Part shown: in pieces, positions 1-10,062 of the stretch
Layout of the letters: each line of letters begins with the position of its first letter
Numbering within the stretch: the first letter of the stretch is position 1
Assembly: GCA_044440125.1 (NCBI GenBank)
Contig: JBITAJ010000018.1
Span: 117,233-181,232 of the forward strand
Source of the DNA: Sedimentisphaeraceae bacterium JB056
GTDB lineage: Bacteria > Planctomycetota > Phycisphaerae > Sedimentisphaerales > Sedimentisphaeraceae
Direction: 5' to 3'
DNA length: 64,000 nucleotides
Notes under the pieces: model-generated
What the model was told of the DNA's origin: nothing
What the model saw: only the letters and a program-made list of their open reading frames with translations
Databases searched by the model: none
Translations under genes and position numbers: made by a program

Positions 1-210
1 AGAGCTGATGTTGAAGCTATACGAGGAGTTTCATCGGGTGAGATGATCAGGGGGCTTATGAGTAAGGGTTTGGTTAAGATTGCGGGAAGAGCGGAAGTTC
101 TTGGTCGCCCTATGCAGTACGGCACAACGCGGAAATTTCTTGAAAATTTTGGGTTGAATTCACTTCGCGATTTGCCAAAAGCGGATGAACTTAAGAAGCC
201 GAGAGATTAA
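1..210 (+). CDS. scpB: SMC-Scp complex subunit ScpB, 3' fragment (5' end outside window)
   Basis: Frame 1 from base 1 reads RADVEAIRGVSSGEMIRGLMSKGLVKIAGRAEVLGRPMQYGTTRKFLENFGLNSLRDLP...TAA(208-210). IRGV, GRP.xYGTT..FL..FGL.SL.DLP are the ScpB C-terminal motifs. Not in the ORF track. Confidence 0.9.
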   Translation, partial: RADVEAIRGVSSGEMIRGLMSKGLVKIAGRAEVLGRPMQYGTTRKFLENFGLNSLRDLPKADELKKPRD

Positions 211-234
211 TAGAAAGGGTAATGGAGGTATCCG

Positions 235-720
235 TTGAGCGAATTTTCACAGCAAAGCATTAGAGCGAAGATTATTGAAAGGCTCAAGACCAGGTCGAAT
301 TCTATCAAATTCAATATGACACCGATGATTGATATTGTTTTCCTGTTGCTTGTGTTTTTTCTTGCCACAGCGAGATTTCGACCCTTGGAATCAAAATTAC
401 CTTTGCAGTTGCCGGCTCCTCAAGGAGGTCAATTAGCCAGTTTCTCACTTGTTGAACCTTTGACTATCAATATAGATTCTCAGGGCCAGGGGCTTATGAT
501 AACTATAGAAGGGACAGAGTTTGCATACCAAAACGCAGACCCTGCTTCTTTCATTAATTTTGGTGAGCAGCTGGCGGATATCTATGAATCGCAAAAAAGA
601 AATACCGCTGATCCTGTAGAACTTGATTGTGGTGCTGAACTTTCCTGGGAACATCTTGTTAAATTTTATAACCTTATGTATGGTATGGGAATTACGAATA
701 TAACATTCGTTACGGATTAA
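235..720 (+). CDS. exbD: ExbD/TolR family biopolymer transport protein
   Basis: NMTPMIDIVFLLLVFFL signature with a single TM segment; GGAGG RBS before the TTG start. Confidence 0.85.
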   Translation: MSEFSQQSIRAKIIERLKTRSNSIKFNMTPMIDIVFLLLVFFLATARFRPLESKLPLQLPAPQGGQLASFSLVEPLTINIDSQGQGLMITIEGTEFAYQNADPASFINFGEQLADIYESQKRNTADPVELDCGAELSWEHLVKFYNLMYGMGITNITFVTD

Positions 721-2841
721 GTGATGAGGAAAATACTGCTTTTACTTTTTTGTCTTTTGAGTATCTCTGTCTTTGCTGATAAGGCTGAAAATACAAAATT
801 ACCTAATGAAAATACCCTTGGCATTCTCCGTGACAGGGCTTCTGATGCTTGGGCACGGTTTGAGTCTAAATCATTTTTACCTTTAGTTGATTATTATTTT
901 TATTCAAGTTTCAGTCAGCAGCAGCATCGGAAAGAGCTCGAAAACCTTACTGTAGAATATGAAAGTATCCTTACTGATATATATAATGAGCAGGCAAGTT
1001 ATACCAGTCGAATAGAAGAATATGAAGGGGATGACTGGGATCTGCGTTTTGGTAAAAATGCATTATGGCGAAAATTCAATTCTCTTGAAAATCAAACATT
1101 GTATCTTATTGCCAAGTGCTTGTATTACAGACTATTATGTGTTGAAAGTGATCAGTTTGAAGATTTGGCTCAAGCTATCCTCGAAAAATGCGGCACAATA
1201 GAGGGCGGAATTAATGACTTGTTTCGTGATATGCTTGAGGCGCGTGTCTACATGCTTATACGCGAAAGTGATGAAGGTTATTACGACCAGATATTTAAAA
1301 GGCTCGACAAAGTCGAAATGGAAATGAGCTCTGATACTGCACTTTATTATGAAATGTGGATGTGCAGGCTTGAACTTCTCAAACCTTTTAGTCTTACGCA
1401 GTTAAATAGGATAATTGATAATTTCAAAGATTCTGATCAAGTTGACAATATGGTTCTTGCGATGAGACTTGCTTTTCTGCAGAAAAAAGCAGGCCAAACT
1501 TCATTACTTGAATATAATCTCGAGAAATGGCCTCAGCTTGCGGCTTTAGTTGCAAGCATGCTTTACGAAAAGGCTGATTCAGAACTTGATAAAGCTAATG
1601 CTACAAATCATATAAGTTCTTTGACTCATTATGAGAAGCAGTTGCTTGCATGGGCCTCTTTGGATAAAGACAATCCTAAGCTTGACGTTTTGATTGCTTC
1701 CTTCGGTATTGGTCAGGATCGTGCCGATAGAGTCATAAGTTATGTTGCTGCTGTTAAAAATGCCGAGGATAATCCAGAATTAGCGGTAGAGGCAGCAATG
1801 AACGCATTGTCAAAGCCTGCATATGACAGGAATGTATTTTCAGATATTAATGATCTTGAAGTGCTGAAAATTGCGACAAAAGCTGGCTTTCTGCTTATCG
1901 ATAAAAAGGACTACACTGATAAGATCATTGATATATTCGATCGATATAAGAAGCTTGCAGGTGATAATGCAATTGAGGAGTTGGTGTTCGCTTATTCTGT
2001 GAAGATGAAGAATCTCAGGGGGCAAAAAGCGACAGCATTGTTGAATGAGATACATGAAAATGGTGGAGAGTTTGCGGATAAGGCACTTTTCGAAATTCTT
2101 GTCAGTCAATTTAATGATGATAAGGATATTTCTGGCAGTATTGAGCAGCTTTATAGTAGAAGCCAAACGGCTGATATTGTTTTTCTTACCGATGTAACAG
2201 ATTTATATTGCAGATATCTTGCTTCCAAGGAAAGATTGCCAAAGGCAGTGCAATTGGTTGCTGAAGGATATGAGCAAGGACTTGATTTTGATAGCGGCTG
2301 TGGACTTTATGTACTTGAAAAATTCCTTGAGAAGGCAGAGTACTATATACTTCAGGCAAGTGGTGATCTTGCTAATACAGCAGTCTTCATCTCCGATAAG
2401 ATAATCAGTGATCAACAGCAAAAGCCTTCAATACAAATTGTGTGTATAGAGACTCAAGTTTTGGCCGGTCGCGATATTGATTCAATAGGACCAATGCCTG
2501 AATATAATGATCAATTTGATACGCTGCAATACTCAAGATCAAAAGCGAGGTACATGTCTTTAGATGGGCAAAATCATGAAGCTGCTTTTGTGTGGGGTAA
2601 AATATCAAGGGCATTGGTTTCGGCATCTCCTTTACCTCTGTGGAGATGGCAGAGAGCTAAATATTATCAGATTGAATGCAGCTTAAAAAGCGATAAAGTT
2701 TCAGACGAGGATCTACTGCATTCTATTGAGGTATTGCAGGCTGATTCTAATTGGAAACAAGGTTACTGGGCTGATAAGCTTGAAGAAATTAAGCTTGCTT
2801 CTGTTAATCAGCAGGAAAGATTTTCTGTTGAGAGTCAATGA
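721..2841 (+). CDS. Large exported hypothetical protein, probably alpha-helical/TPR-like
   Basis: 706-aa ORF abutting exbD; N-terminal signal peptide (RKILLLLFCLLSISVFA); no recognisable catalytic motif. Confidence 0.6.
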   Translation: MMRKILLLLFCLLSISVFADKAENTKLPNENTLGILRDRASDAWARFESKSFLPLVDYYFYSSFSQQQHRKELENLTVEYESILTDIYNEQASYTSRIEEYEGDDWDLRFGKNALWRKFNSLENQTLYLIAKCLYYRLLCVESDQFEDLAQAILEKCGTIEGGINDLFRDMLEARVYMLIRESDEGYYDQIFKRLDKVEMEMSSDTALYYEMWMCRLELLKPFSLTQLNRIIDNFKDSDQVDNMVLAMRLAFLQKKAGQTSLLEYNLEKWPQLAALVASMLYEKADSELDKANATNHISSLTHYEKQLLAWASLDKDNPKLDVLIASFGIGQDRADRVISYVAAVKNAEDNPELAVEAAMNALSKPAYDRNVFSDINDLEVLKIATKAGFLLIDKKDYTDKIIDIFDRYKKLAGDNAIEELVFAYSVKMKNLRGQKATALLNEIHENGGEFADKALFEILVSQFNDDKDISGSIEQLYSRSQTADIVFLTDVTDLYCRYLASKERLPKAVQLVAEGYEQGLDFDSGCGLYVLEKFLEKAEYYILQASGDLANTAVFISDKIISDQQQKPSIQIVCIETQVLAGRDIDSIGPMPEYNDQFDTLQYSRSKARYMSLDGQNHEAAFVWGKISRALVSASPLPLWRWQRAKYYQIECSLKSDKVSDEDLLHSIEVLQADSNWKQGYWADKLEEIKLASVNQQERFSVESQ

Positions 2842-2930
2842 TTAAAAAAGACTTGCCTGTATCCAGATTTTTTGTTACTATCTGAACTTTTATCCGAATT
2901 ATGCGTTAAACTCTAATAGGGAAAAGAATT

Positions 2931-3800
2931 ATGAAGTTCACAAAGATGCATGGTCTTGGAAATGACTATGTTTATGTAAATTGTTTTGAAGAAAATATTG
3001 AAGATCCTTCAGCTTTGGCGATAGAGCTCAGTGATCGCCATTTTGGTATTGGCGGCGATGGGCTTATTCTTATCTGTCCATCAGATATTGCAGATGCTAA
3101 AATGCGTATGTTCAATGCAGATGGAAGTGAATCACAGATGTGCGGAAATGGCTTGAGATGTGTGTCAAAGTATACATTTGATCATAAGCTTGCTGAGCCT
3201 GGAACTACTTTCAGTATACCTGGCCAGCCTTCATTCCCTCATTCGCTTAATATTGAAACAGGTAATGGCATCCTTAAGGTTGGTATTATGCCTGGTGAAG
3301 ATGGAATGGCAGAGCAGATATGCGTTAATATGGGGCAACCTGTATTAAATGGCCCTGATATTCCGGTTGCAATCGAATCAAATCCGGTTGTTGATGTTGA
3401 ATTTGGTACAGATGATTTTGCTTCACCGATGACTTGCGTTTCTATGGGAAATCCTCATGTTGTATTCTTTTGTGATGATGTCGAAGGACTTGATCTTGAT
3501 AAAATAGGCCCTGCGATAGAAAATCATCCTTTATTTCCAGAAAGGATTAATGCTCATTTTGTAAAGGTTCTGGCTCCTGATGAGTTTGTTATGCGGACTT
3601 GGGAGCGGGGCTCCGGTATAACTTTGGCATGTGGAACAGGTGCTTGTGCATGCTGCGTTGCTGCGGTTCTCAACGGAAAATGCCAAAGGGCTGTTTTAGC
3701 TCATTTGCCTGGTGGCGATCTTACGCTTAATTGGTGCCAGGAGGATAACTGTGTGTATATGACCGGGCCGGCGACAGAAGTTTTCACTGGTCACATATAA
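2931..3800 (+). CDS. dapF: Diaminopimelate epimerase
   Basis: KMHGLGNDY, NADGSESQMCGNG, SMGNPH, WERGSGITLACGTG motifs. Confidence 0.97.
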   Translation: MKFTKMHGLGNDYVYVNCFEENIEDPSALAIELSDRHFGIGGDGLILICPSDIADAKMRMFNADGSESQMCGNGLRCVSKYTFDHKLAEPGTTFSIPGQPSFPHSLNIETGNGILKVGIMPGEDGMAEQICVNMGQPVLNGPDIPVAIESNPVVDVEFGTDDFASPMTCVSMGNPHVVFFCDDVEGLDLDKIGPAIENHPLFPERINAHFVKVLAPDEFVMRTWERGSGITLACGTGACACCVAAVLNGKCQRAVLAHLPGGDLTLNWCQEDNCVYMTGPATEVFTGHI

Positions 3801-3888
3801 CATTCACATCATAATGAAAAAAAAAGAGAAAATAGCATTTTTCCCCTTGAAATAATTCAATAAATTGCTAATATTTCTCACTCGTGCT

Positions 3889-3959
3889 TGGGGTATAGTG
3901 TAACGGTAGCACGACTGACTCTGGCTCAGTTAGTTGGGGTTCGAATCCCTGTACCCCAG
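3889..3959 (+). tRNA. tRNA-Gln (anticodon CTG); CCA not encoded
   Basis: TGGGGTA...TACCCCA acceptor stem; anticodon arm ACTGA-CTCTGGC-TCAGT; T-loop GGTTCGAATCC; upstream TTGAAA...TAATAT promoter-like sequence. Confidence 0.95.
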
Positions 3960-3961
3960 TT

Positions 3962-4002
3962 AAAAAGCCCGCATCTTAATTAAAAGACGCGGGCTTTTTT
4001 TA
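3962..4002. terminator. Bidirectional intrinsic terminator between tRNA-Gln and tex
   Basis: AAAAAGCCCGC-atcttaattaaaagac-GCGGGCTTTTTTT, with A/T runs on both sides. Confidence 0.85.
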
Positions 4003-4014
4003 TTGTTTCATCAT

Positions 4015-6327
4015 TTATAGCTTTATTTGAAGGCCTAAGGATTCACCGAAAGTTCCGCCGGTTCCGCCTCGGCGTGGTTTTTCCTGATTTCTGCCTCTAT
4101 TGTCTTTTCTGTTTTGCGGACGATTGTTTTGAGGTCTGTCATTACCCTTACTCTCACCTGTAACACGTTTTTTTGTTGTGAGATCGGAAGGGTCGGCATT
4201 TGTCCTCATGCTTAGTCCTATTCGCTTTCTTGGTACATCAACTTCCATTACAGTGACAGTGACTCTTTGCTGCACCTTGGTTACTTCAGTAGGATCGGAG
4301 ACGAAGTGGTCGCATAGTTCGCTGATATGCACAAGTCCGTCTTGATGCACGCCTATGTCCACAAACGCACCGAATGCCGTTACATTGGTAACTATGCCTG
4401 GCAGTTTCATTCCAGGGTTAAGATCTGTGATTTCGTTAATGCCTTCCGCGAAGCTGAAAGCATCAAATTTTTCACGTGGATCTCGGCCCGGTTTGGCAAG
4501 TTCTTCCTTGATATCTGTAAGAGTTGGAAGACCTACCGTTTCAGTAACATAATCAGTAAGTTTTATTTTGTCCTGCAGGGCTTTGTTTTTGATAAGCTCT
4601 TCAATATTGCATCCAATGTCAGAAGCCATCTTATTTACAATTGGATATGATTCGGGGTGTACAGCACTTATATCAAGCGGATTGTCTGAATTACGTACGC
4701 GAAGGAAGCCTGCGCATTGCTCGAAGCATTTGTCACCAAGACCGGAAACTTTCTTTATGCTTTCACGACTATTGAAAGCGCCATTTTCATTTCGGTAATT
4801 GATGATTCTTTCAGCAAGAGTTGGGCCTACACCTGAAACATAAGTCAGAAGCTGCTTACTTGCAGTATTGATGTCAACACCAACGCTGTTAACGCAGCTC
4901 ACAACAACGTCATCCAGTTTGTTTTTCAGCTTTTTCTGGTCAACATCATGCTGGTATTGGCCGACGCCAATTGATTTTGGGTCGATTTTTACCAGTTCAG
5001 CCAATGGGTCCATGAGTCTGCGGCCGATAGATACAGCTCCTCTTACTGTGAGGTCTTTATCTGGGAATTCTTCTCTGGCTACTTCCGATGCTGAATAAAC
5101 ACTTGCGCCGCTCTCATTGACCATTACAATATTGATACTTGATGGCAAACCAAGCTTTCTCAGGTAGCCTTCTGTTTCTCTGCCTGCCGTACCATTACCA
5201 ATCGCTATAGCTTCAATATCATACTTTTGGCATAGTGCCATGATTTTCATGCCGTCAGCATCAGCTTTTGCCTGGCCTGTATGCGGGTATACAACATCAT
5301 CAAACAGAAGTTGTCCCTGGCTGTCAAGTGTTACAAGCTTGCAACCGGTTCTAAAGCCGGGGTCAATAGCCATAACCCTCTTTTGGCCAAGTGGGGCGGC
5401 TAGAAGAAGCTCGCGAAGATTATCCGCGAACACCTTGATTGCCTCTTCATCAGCTCGCTTCTTTGTCTCCATCCTTATCTCTGTCTCCATGGATAAGGAA
5501 AGAAGCCTCTTATAACAGTCTGCTATTGCAAGTTTTACTTGGGTAGCAGAGTCATTTGATGCTGCTATGTATTTTGAAACAATAACTTCAATGGCTTCTT
5601 CTACCGGAGCTTCTATACGCATTGAAAGCATCTTTTCATTTGCGCCGCGTCTTATTGCGAGTATTCGGTGTGATGGTGCGGTAGCTACAGGTTCCTGCCA
5701 TTCATAATAGTCCTTATACTTGACTGCTTCTTCTTCCTTGTCCTTCAAGACTTTGGTAATGAACATACCTTTTTCGCTGTAATGCTTACGCATTTTTTCA
5801 CGTATTTCAGCATCTTCATTTATCATTTCAGCAATGATATCTCTTGCACCGGCAAGTGCATCCTCAGCCGTATCAACTTCTTTTTCTTTGCTGATATACT
5901 TTGCGGCTTCTGCGGTAATATCAAGATCGGTTTGTTCAAGTAGTTTCTCAGCAAGAGGCTCGAGTCCTTTTTCTTTGGCAATTGTTGCACGGGTACGTCT
6001 CTTAGGACGGTATGGCAGATAAATGTCTTCAAGTTTTGCCATAGTTTCAGCTACAAGCAGTTGTTTGTGCAGCTTTTCGGTAAGTTTTCCTTGTTCTTTA
6101 ATCGAAGCTATTATTGCTTCTCTTCTCTTGTCAAGTTCATCAAGCTGGGCAAGCCTGTCGCGTATTGCCGATATCGCAACCTCATCAAGGCTGCCTGTCA
6201 TTTCTTTACGATAACGTGCGATAAAGGGAACGGTCGAACCTTCATCTAAAAGTTTATAGACTGATTCTACTTGATTTAATCTGACGCCAAGTTCATTGGC
6301 TATCTTAATAATATGCTCTGTTACCAT
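4015..6327 (-). CDS. tex: Tex family RNA-binding transcription accessory protein (S1 domain)
   Basis: TVPFIARYRKE, IDPGFRTGCK, VNESGASVYSAS, SIGVGQYQHDV, C-terminal S1 (FGAFVDIGVHQDGLVHIS). Confidence 0.95.
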   Translation of the reverse strand: MVTEHIIKIANELGVRLNQVESVYKLLDEGSTVPFIARYRKEMTGSLDEVAISAIRDRLAQLDELDKRREAIIASIKEQGKLTEKLHKQLLVAETMAKLEDIYLPYRPKRRTRATIAKEKGLEPLAEKLLEQTDLDITAEAAKYISKEKEVDTAEDALAGARDIIAEMINEDAEIREKMRKHYSEKGMFITKVLKDKEEEAVKYKDYYEWQEPVATAPSHRILAIRRGANEKMLSMRIEAPVEEAIEVIVSKYIAASNDSATQVKLAIADCYKRLLSLSMETEIRMETKKRADEEAIKVFADNLRELLLAAPLGQKRVMAIDPGFRTGCKLVTLDSQGQLLFDDVVYPHTGQAKADADGMKIMALCQKYDIEAIAIGNGTAGRETEGYLRKLGLPSSINIVMVNESGASVYSASEVAREEFPDKDLTVRGAVSIGRRLMDPLAELVKIDPKSIGVGQYQHDVDQKKLKNKLDDVVVSCVNSVGVDINTASKQLLTYVSGVGPTLAERIINYRNENGAFNSRESIKKVSGLGDKCFEQCAGFLRVRNSDNPLDISAVHPESYPIVNKMASDIGCNIEELIKNKALQDKIKLTDYVTETVGLPTLTDIKEELAKPGRDPREKFDAFSFAEGINEITDLNPGMKLPGIVTNVTAFGAFVDIGVHQDGLVHISELCDHFVSDPTEVTKVQQRVTVTVMEVDVPRKRIGLSMRTNADPSDLTTKKRVTGESKGNDRPQNNRPQNRKDNRGRNQEKPRRGGTGGTFGESLGLQIKL

Positions 6328-6342
6328 TGATGTGTTCTTTTT

Positions 6343-7311
6343 CTAATTTTTTGCTTTGTACTCCAGAATCGCAAGCGATGCATTACCGATAATGCCGGCA
6401 TCTTCACCCAAGCTTGCAAACATTATTTCTATATTTTTTTCTCGGCCGGGCCATGCATATTTTGCGAAATAGTATTTTATTCTGCTCAGAAGTTGTTCGC
6501 CTGCAGCAATCATACCGCCGGCAAAAACTATTTTTTTCGGATCCATAAAATTCATTATATTAACGCATAAAAGTCCGAGCACCTTTGCAGTGCCTTCCGT
6601 TATGTTTACCGAAAGATCGTCTCCGTCAGCAGCATGCAGATAGATATCTTTACATGTCACTTCACCCTTTTCCTTGTATATTGCTTGAAGGCTGGATTCG
6701 ATACCTTCAGCAAGAAGTTCATTGGCTCTTCTTGCTGTTGAAGATGCCGATGCGTATGTTTCTGCGCATCCAAGTTGCCCGCATCCGCATTTACGCCCGT
6801 CCGGATAGATGATTATGTGTCCGAGTTCCCCGCATGCGTCAGTGCTGCCGTGTGCAAGTTTGCCGCCGGTTATTACTGCTCCACCTATGCCCGTACCCAG
6901 GGTTAGGAACGCCATATCGTCCGCATCTTCAGCGACTCCGCAAACATGTTCGGCCCATCCCGCTGCATTTGCATCGTTTTCCATAACCACTGGTACACCC
7001 ATAGCCTCTGCTAACATGTCTCTTATAGGGCACCCATGGAATAACGGAAGATTGGGAGGAGAAACAAGAATGCCTTCCTTGAGGTTGACAGGGCCTGGAA
7101 GCCCAATGCCCATATATCCAATATCAATCTTGTCTATAGAGTTTTCTGAAAGTATCTTCTCGCATGCTTGAACTATTGCTTCAATACATACTTCAGGCCC
7201 TTTGTCGGCATACGTTGGTATTGAATCTTTGACGATTAGATTAAGATCCTTATCAAAAAGACCTAACTTAATATTGGTGCCGCCAAAATCGATTCCTATA
7301 AATTTTTTCAT
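6343..7311 (-). CDS. ROK family sugar kinase (glucokinase-like)
   Basis: GIDFGGTNIK, ENDANAA, LGTGIGG, ELGH..CGCGQLGCAE; start taken at the second Met (MKKFIG). Confidence 0.9.
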   Translation of the reverse strand: MKKFIGIDFGGTNIKLGLFDKDLNLIVKDSIPTYADKGPEVCIEAIVQACEKILSENSIDKIDIGYMGIGLPGPVNLKEGILVSPPNLPLFHGCPIRDMLAEAMGVPVVMENDANAAGWAEHVCGVAEDADDMAFLTLGTGIGGAVITGGKLAHGSTDACGELGHIIIYPDGRKCGCGQLGCAETYASASSTARRANELLAEGIESSLQAIYKEKGEVTCKDIYLHAADGDDLSVNITEGTAKVLGLLCVNIMNFMDPKKIVFAGGMIAAGEQLLSRIKYYFAKYAWPGREKNIEIMFASLGEDAGIIGNASLAILEYKAKN

Positions 7312-7371
7312 TTCGTATTCTTCTAACAATCAAACCAATTTAATTTGTTTTAACAATTTGCTTATATAGCT

Positions 7372-8697
7372 TTACAGCCCTCTGTTTTCGTTATGCTTTC
7401 TGAACATAAGTCGTATTGGAACTTCACTTACAGGTAAAAGGTCTCTTAGCCTGTTTATCATAAATCTCTGATAATTCTCGTCGAAATAATCAGGACGATT
7501 CACGAAAACAAGAAGGGAAATCGGTTGAACGCCGACTTGTGTTGCGTAGTATATGCGAGGGAACCCACCTTTTTTGGCTGTTCCTACTTTTTCGTTCTTG
7601 ATTTCATCCATAGCCTTATTTAGTATGGATGTTGGTATCTCGCAGATACTTTGTTTATAAAGTTCTGTGGCCAAGTCAAGTGTACTTTGCAGGTTTTTGC
7701 CGTCTTTGGCTGTCGTGAATGCTATTGGTGCATATCTTAAACCCGGAAGTACTTCTGATAGATAATCAGCGTAATCATCGGTATCTGCATCGTCTTTTAC
7801 AAGGTCCCATTTGTTGACCACAAGAATGCATGGCTTGAATTCATCAGAGATGAATTTTGCGAGTTTCTTATCTACCTGAGATATCGGCAGGGTAGCGTCA
7901 ATCATGAACAGTACTACATCTGCGCGAGTTATAGATTTTGTAGCTCTCGTATAACTGTAGTATTCAACATTTTCCTTCATCTTGTTCTTTTTATAAATAC
8001 CGGCAGTATCTATAGCGATGAAGGTTTGCCCATCTCTTTCAAATCGGATATCCACGGCATCTCTGGTTGTGCCGGCGATCTCGCTTACAATCATTCTTTC
8101 CTGACCAACAATTGAATTCACGAAACTGCTTTTACCGGCGTTTCTTTTGCCGACAATGGCAAGTTTCATGATTGCTTCCTGGGGGTTCTCCCATTCTATA
8201 TGTTTAAGTCTTTCAATGACAGCATCCATCATTTTAGACTTATTCAAATTGCTTGTGGCAGATACGCATAAAGCTTCACCAAAGCCCAATCTCACAAATT
8301 CAGCAGCTCGTGGAAATAGACTTGCCTTGTCTGCCTTATTGGCTATGACCATGACATTAGGATTGTGTTTCCGCAGTAGACGGGCTATCTTGTTTTCAAG
8401 AGGAGTGATTCCTTCACGGATATCTACAACGAATAGAATAAGATCGGCAGAGCGTATTGCTACATCTATCTGCGATTCAATTTGATCGCTTAAGGCCTCT
8501 TTGTCAACGATGCCGTATCCACCTGTATCAAGCATTTCTATATGCGTGTCGCCATAACGCACCATTACACTCACCCTGTCGCGGGTGATGCCGGGTGTTG
8601 GCTCTACAATACTTATCATCGAGCCGGCAAGTGCATTAAGCAGCGAACTTTTGCCTACGTTTGGTCGTCCTATTATAGCAACTGTTGGTACTGCCAC
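7372..8697 (-). CDS. der: Ribosome biogenesis GTPase Der (EngA)
   Basis: Two tandem G domains (GRPNVGKSS...DTGG...NKAD; GKRNAGKSS...DTAG...NKWD) plus a KH-like C-terminus. Confidence 0.96.
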   Translation of the reverse strand: MAVPTVAIIGRPNVGKSSLLNALAGSMISIVEPTPGITRDRVSVMVRYGDTHIEMLDTGGYGIVDKEALSDQIESQIDVAIRSADLILFVVDIREGITPLENKIARLLRKHNPNVMVIANKADKASLFPRAAEFVRLGFGEALCVSATSNLNKSKMMDAVIERLKHIEWENPQEAIMKLAIVGKRNAGKSSFVNSIVGQERMIVSEIAGTTRDAVDIRFERDGQTFIAIDTAGIYKKNKMKENVEYYSYTRATKSITRADVVLFMIDATLPISQVDKKLAKFISDEFKPCILVVNKWDLVKDDADTDDYADYLSEVLPGLRYAPIAFTTAKDGKNLQSTLDLATELYKQSICEIPTSILNKAMDEIKNEKVGTAKKGGFPRIYYATQVGVQPISLLVFVNRPDYFDENYQRFMINRLRDLLPVSEVPIRLMFRKHNENRGL

Positions 8698-8952
8698 AGT
8701 TTTGCCTTTCTTGTATTATTGATGCCTAAATGGGCTATTTGTCGTATACTAACTGCATTCCTGATACCTTAATCAAGAATGAATGGCGAATTATAACAGA
8801 TTTGAACGTGCAAAGCAAGATAACAGTAAGCCTGTGGATTGCAAAACAAAAAAACTTCAGATTTTAATCGCTATATTGTCTTTTTGGAAATATAGCTTGA
8901 ATGTAAAGGTGGAAAGGCTAAGATGGATTTCTTAATTTTTCAGGAGTTTTAG

Positions 8953-10062
8953 ATGAGATTAAATTTGAGTATTTTTATTGTCGGAGTGATGATTAACATG
9001 GCCAATGCAAGAACTATTCCGGTCTACTTTGGCACTTATTCAGAAGGTATATACCGAAGTGTATTTGATGATGAGAATGGCAAGCTGAGCAATCCGGTGT
9101 TGGCGGGGCGGCTTAATGGTGCATCTTATTTTGTTATTGATAGCGAGAGGAGTTTCCTATATTCAGTCAGCGAGTCAGGCCCAAGCAGCGAGATTGCTGC
9201 ATTTAAGATAGAGGATGATATGTCGCTGAGACTTATCAATAAATTACCTTCGGGTGGCAGCTCTGCGTGTTATTTGAGTTTTGACAAAACAGAGAGATAT
9301 CTCTTTGCAGCTAATTACAGCAGCGGCACTGTCGCCGTGTTTAGTATTGCGAAAGACCATAGCTTGAAAGAAATGACATGCCTTGTTCAGCACGAAACTG
9401 GAAAAGATGAGGCGGGCAATGCTGTGAGTCCAAGAGCGCATAGCATGATACCGGATATTTACAATAAGCATCTTTTTTCTGCGGATCTTGGCCTTGACAG
9501 AATAATGATATATGACTTTGATATTGAGTCAGGCCAAATTAAATCTGCATCTCAACCATTTCTTCAGCTTGAAAAGGGCAGTGGACCTCGGCATCTTGTT
9601 TTCAATGATACTGGCGAGGTTTTGTACTGTATTAATGAGCTTGCATCTACAATAGCGGTTTTGGCATATTTTCCCGAGAATTCTTCGAAAATGCTGGCTC
9701 CTGCGCAGACAATTTCAACATTACCGACTGATTATGAAGGTCGCAATGCTTGTGCGGAAGTGCTTATAAGTCCTTGTAAAAAATATCTTTATGCCTCTAA
9801 TAGAGGACATGATACTATTGCTGCTTTTCGCATAAATCCAGATGACGGAAAGCTTAGTTTCTTAGACTGCTGCACGGGAGACATTGATTTTCCACGTGGT
9901 TTCAGGCTGGATCCAAGCGGAAAGTTTTGCTTGGTGGCAAATCAGAAAGGCGACAGTGTTGTTGTTTTTGCAATTGATCAGAAAGTAGGTCTGCTAAAAC
10001 GAACAGAACACCGGATTGCGATTGCCAAACCGGTGTTCGTTAAGTTCTTAGATAAGTACTGA
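8953..10062 (+). CDS. pgl: Lactonase family beta-propeller (6-phosphogluconolactonase/YbhE type)
   Basis: YFGTYS, ANYSSG, DLGLDRI, GSGPRH, YASNRGHD, FPRGF, VANQ motifs. Confidence 0.85.
   Translation: MRLNLSIFIVGVMINMANARTIPVYFGTYSEGIYRSVFDDENGKLSNPVLAGRLNGASYFVIDSERSFLYSVSESGPSSEIAAFKIEDDMSLRLINKLPSGGSSACYLSFDKTERYLFAANYSSGTVAVFSIAKDHSLKEMTCLVQHETGKDEAGNAVSPRAHSMIPDIYNKHLFSADLGLDRIMIYDFDIESGQIKSASQPFLQLEKGSGPRHLVFNDTGEVLYCINELASTIAVLAYFPENSSKMLAPAQTISTLPTDYEGRNACAEVLISPCKKYLYASNRGHDTIAAFRINPDDGKLSFLDCCTGDIDFPRGFRLDPSGKFCLVANQKGDSVVVFAIDQKVGLLKRTEHRIAIAKPVFVKFLDKY

Noticed and set aside
3889..4015. tRNA-Gln as a prophage or island attachment site
   Set aside because: It is flanked by housekeeping genes, there is no integrase, and I saw no duplicated tRNA 3' end.
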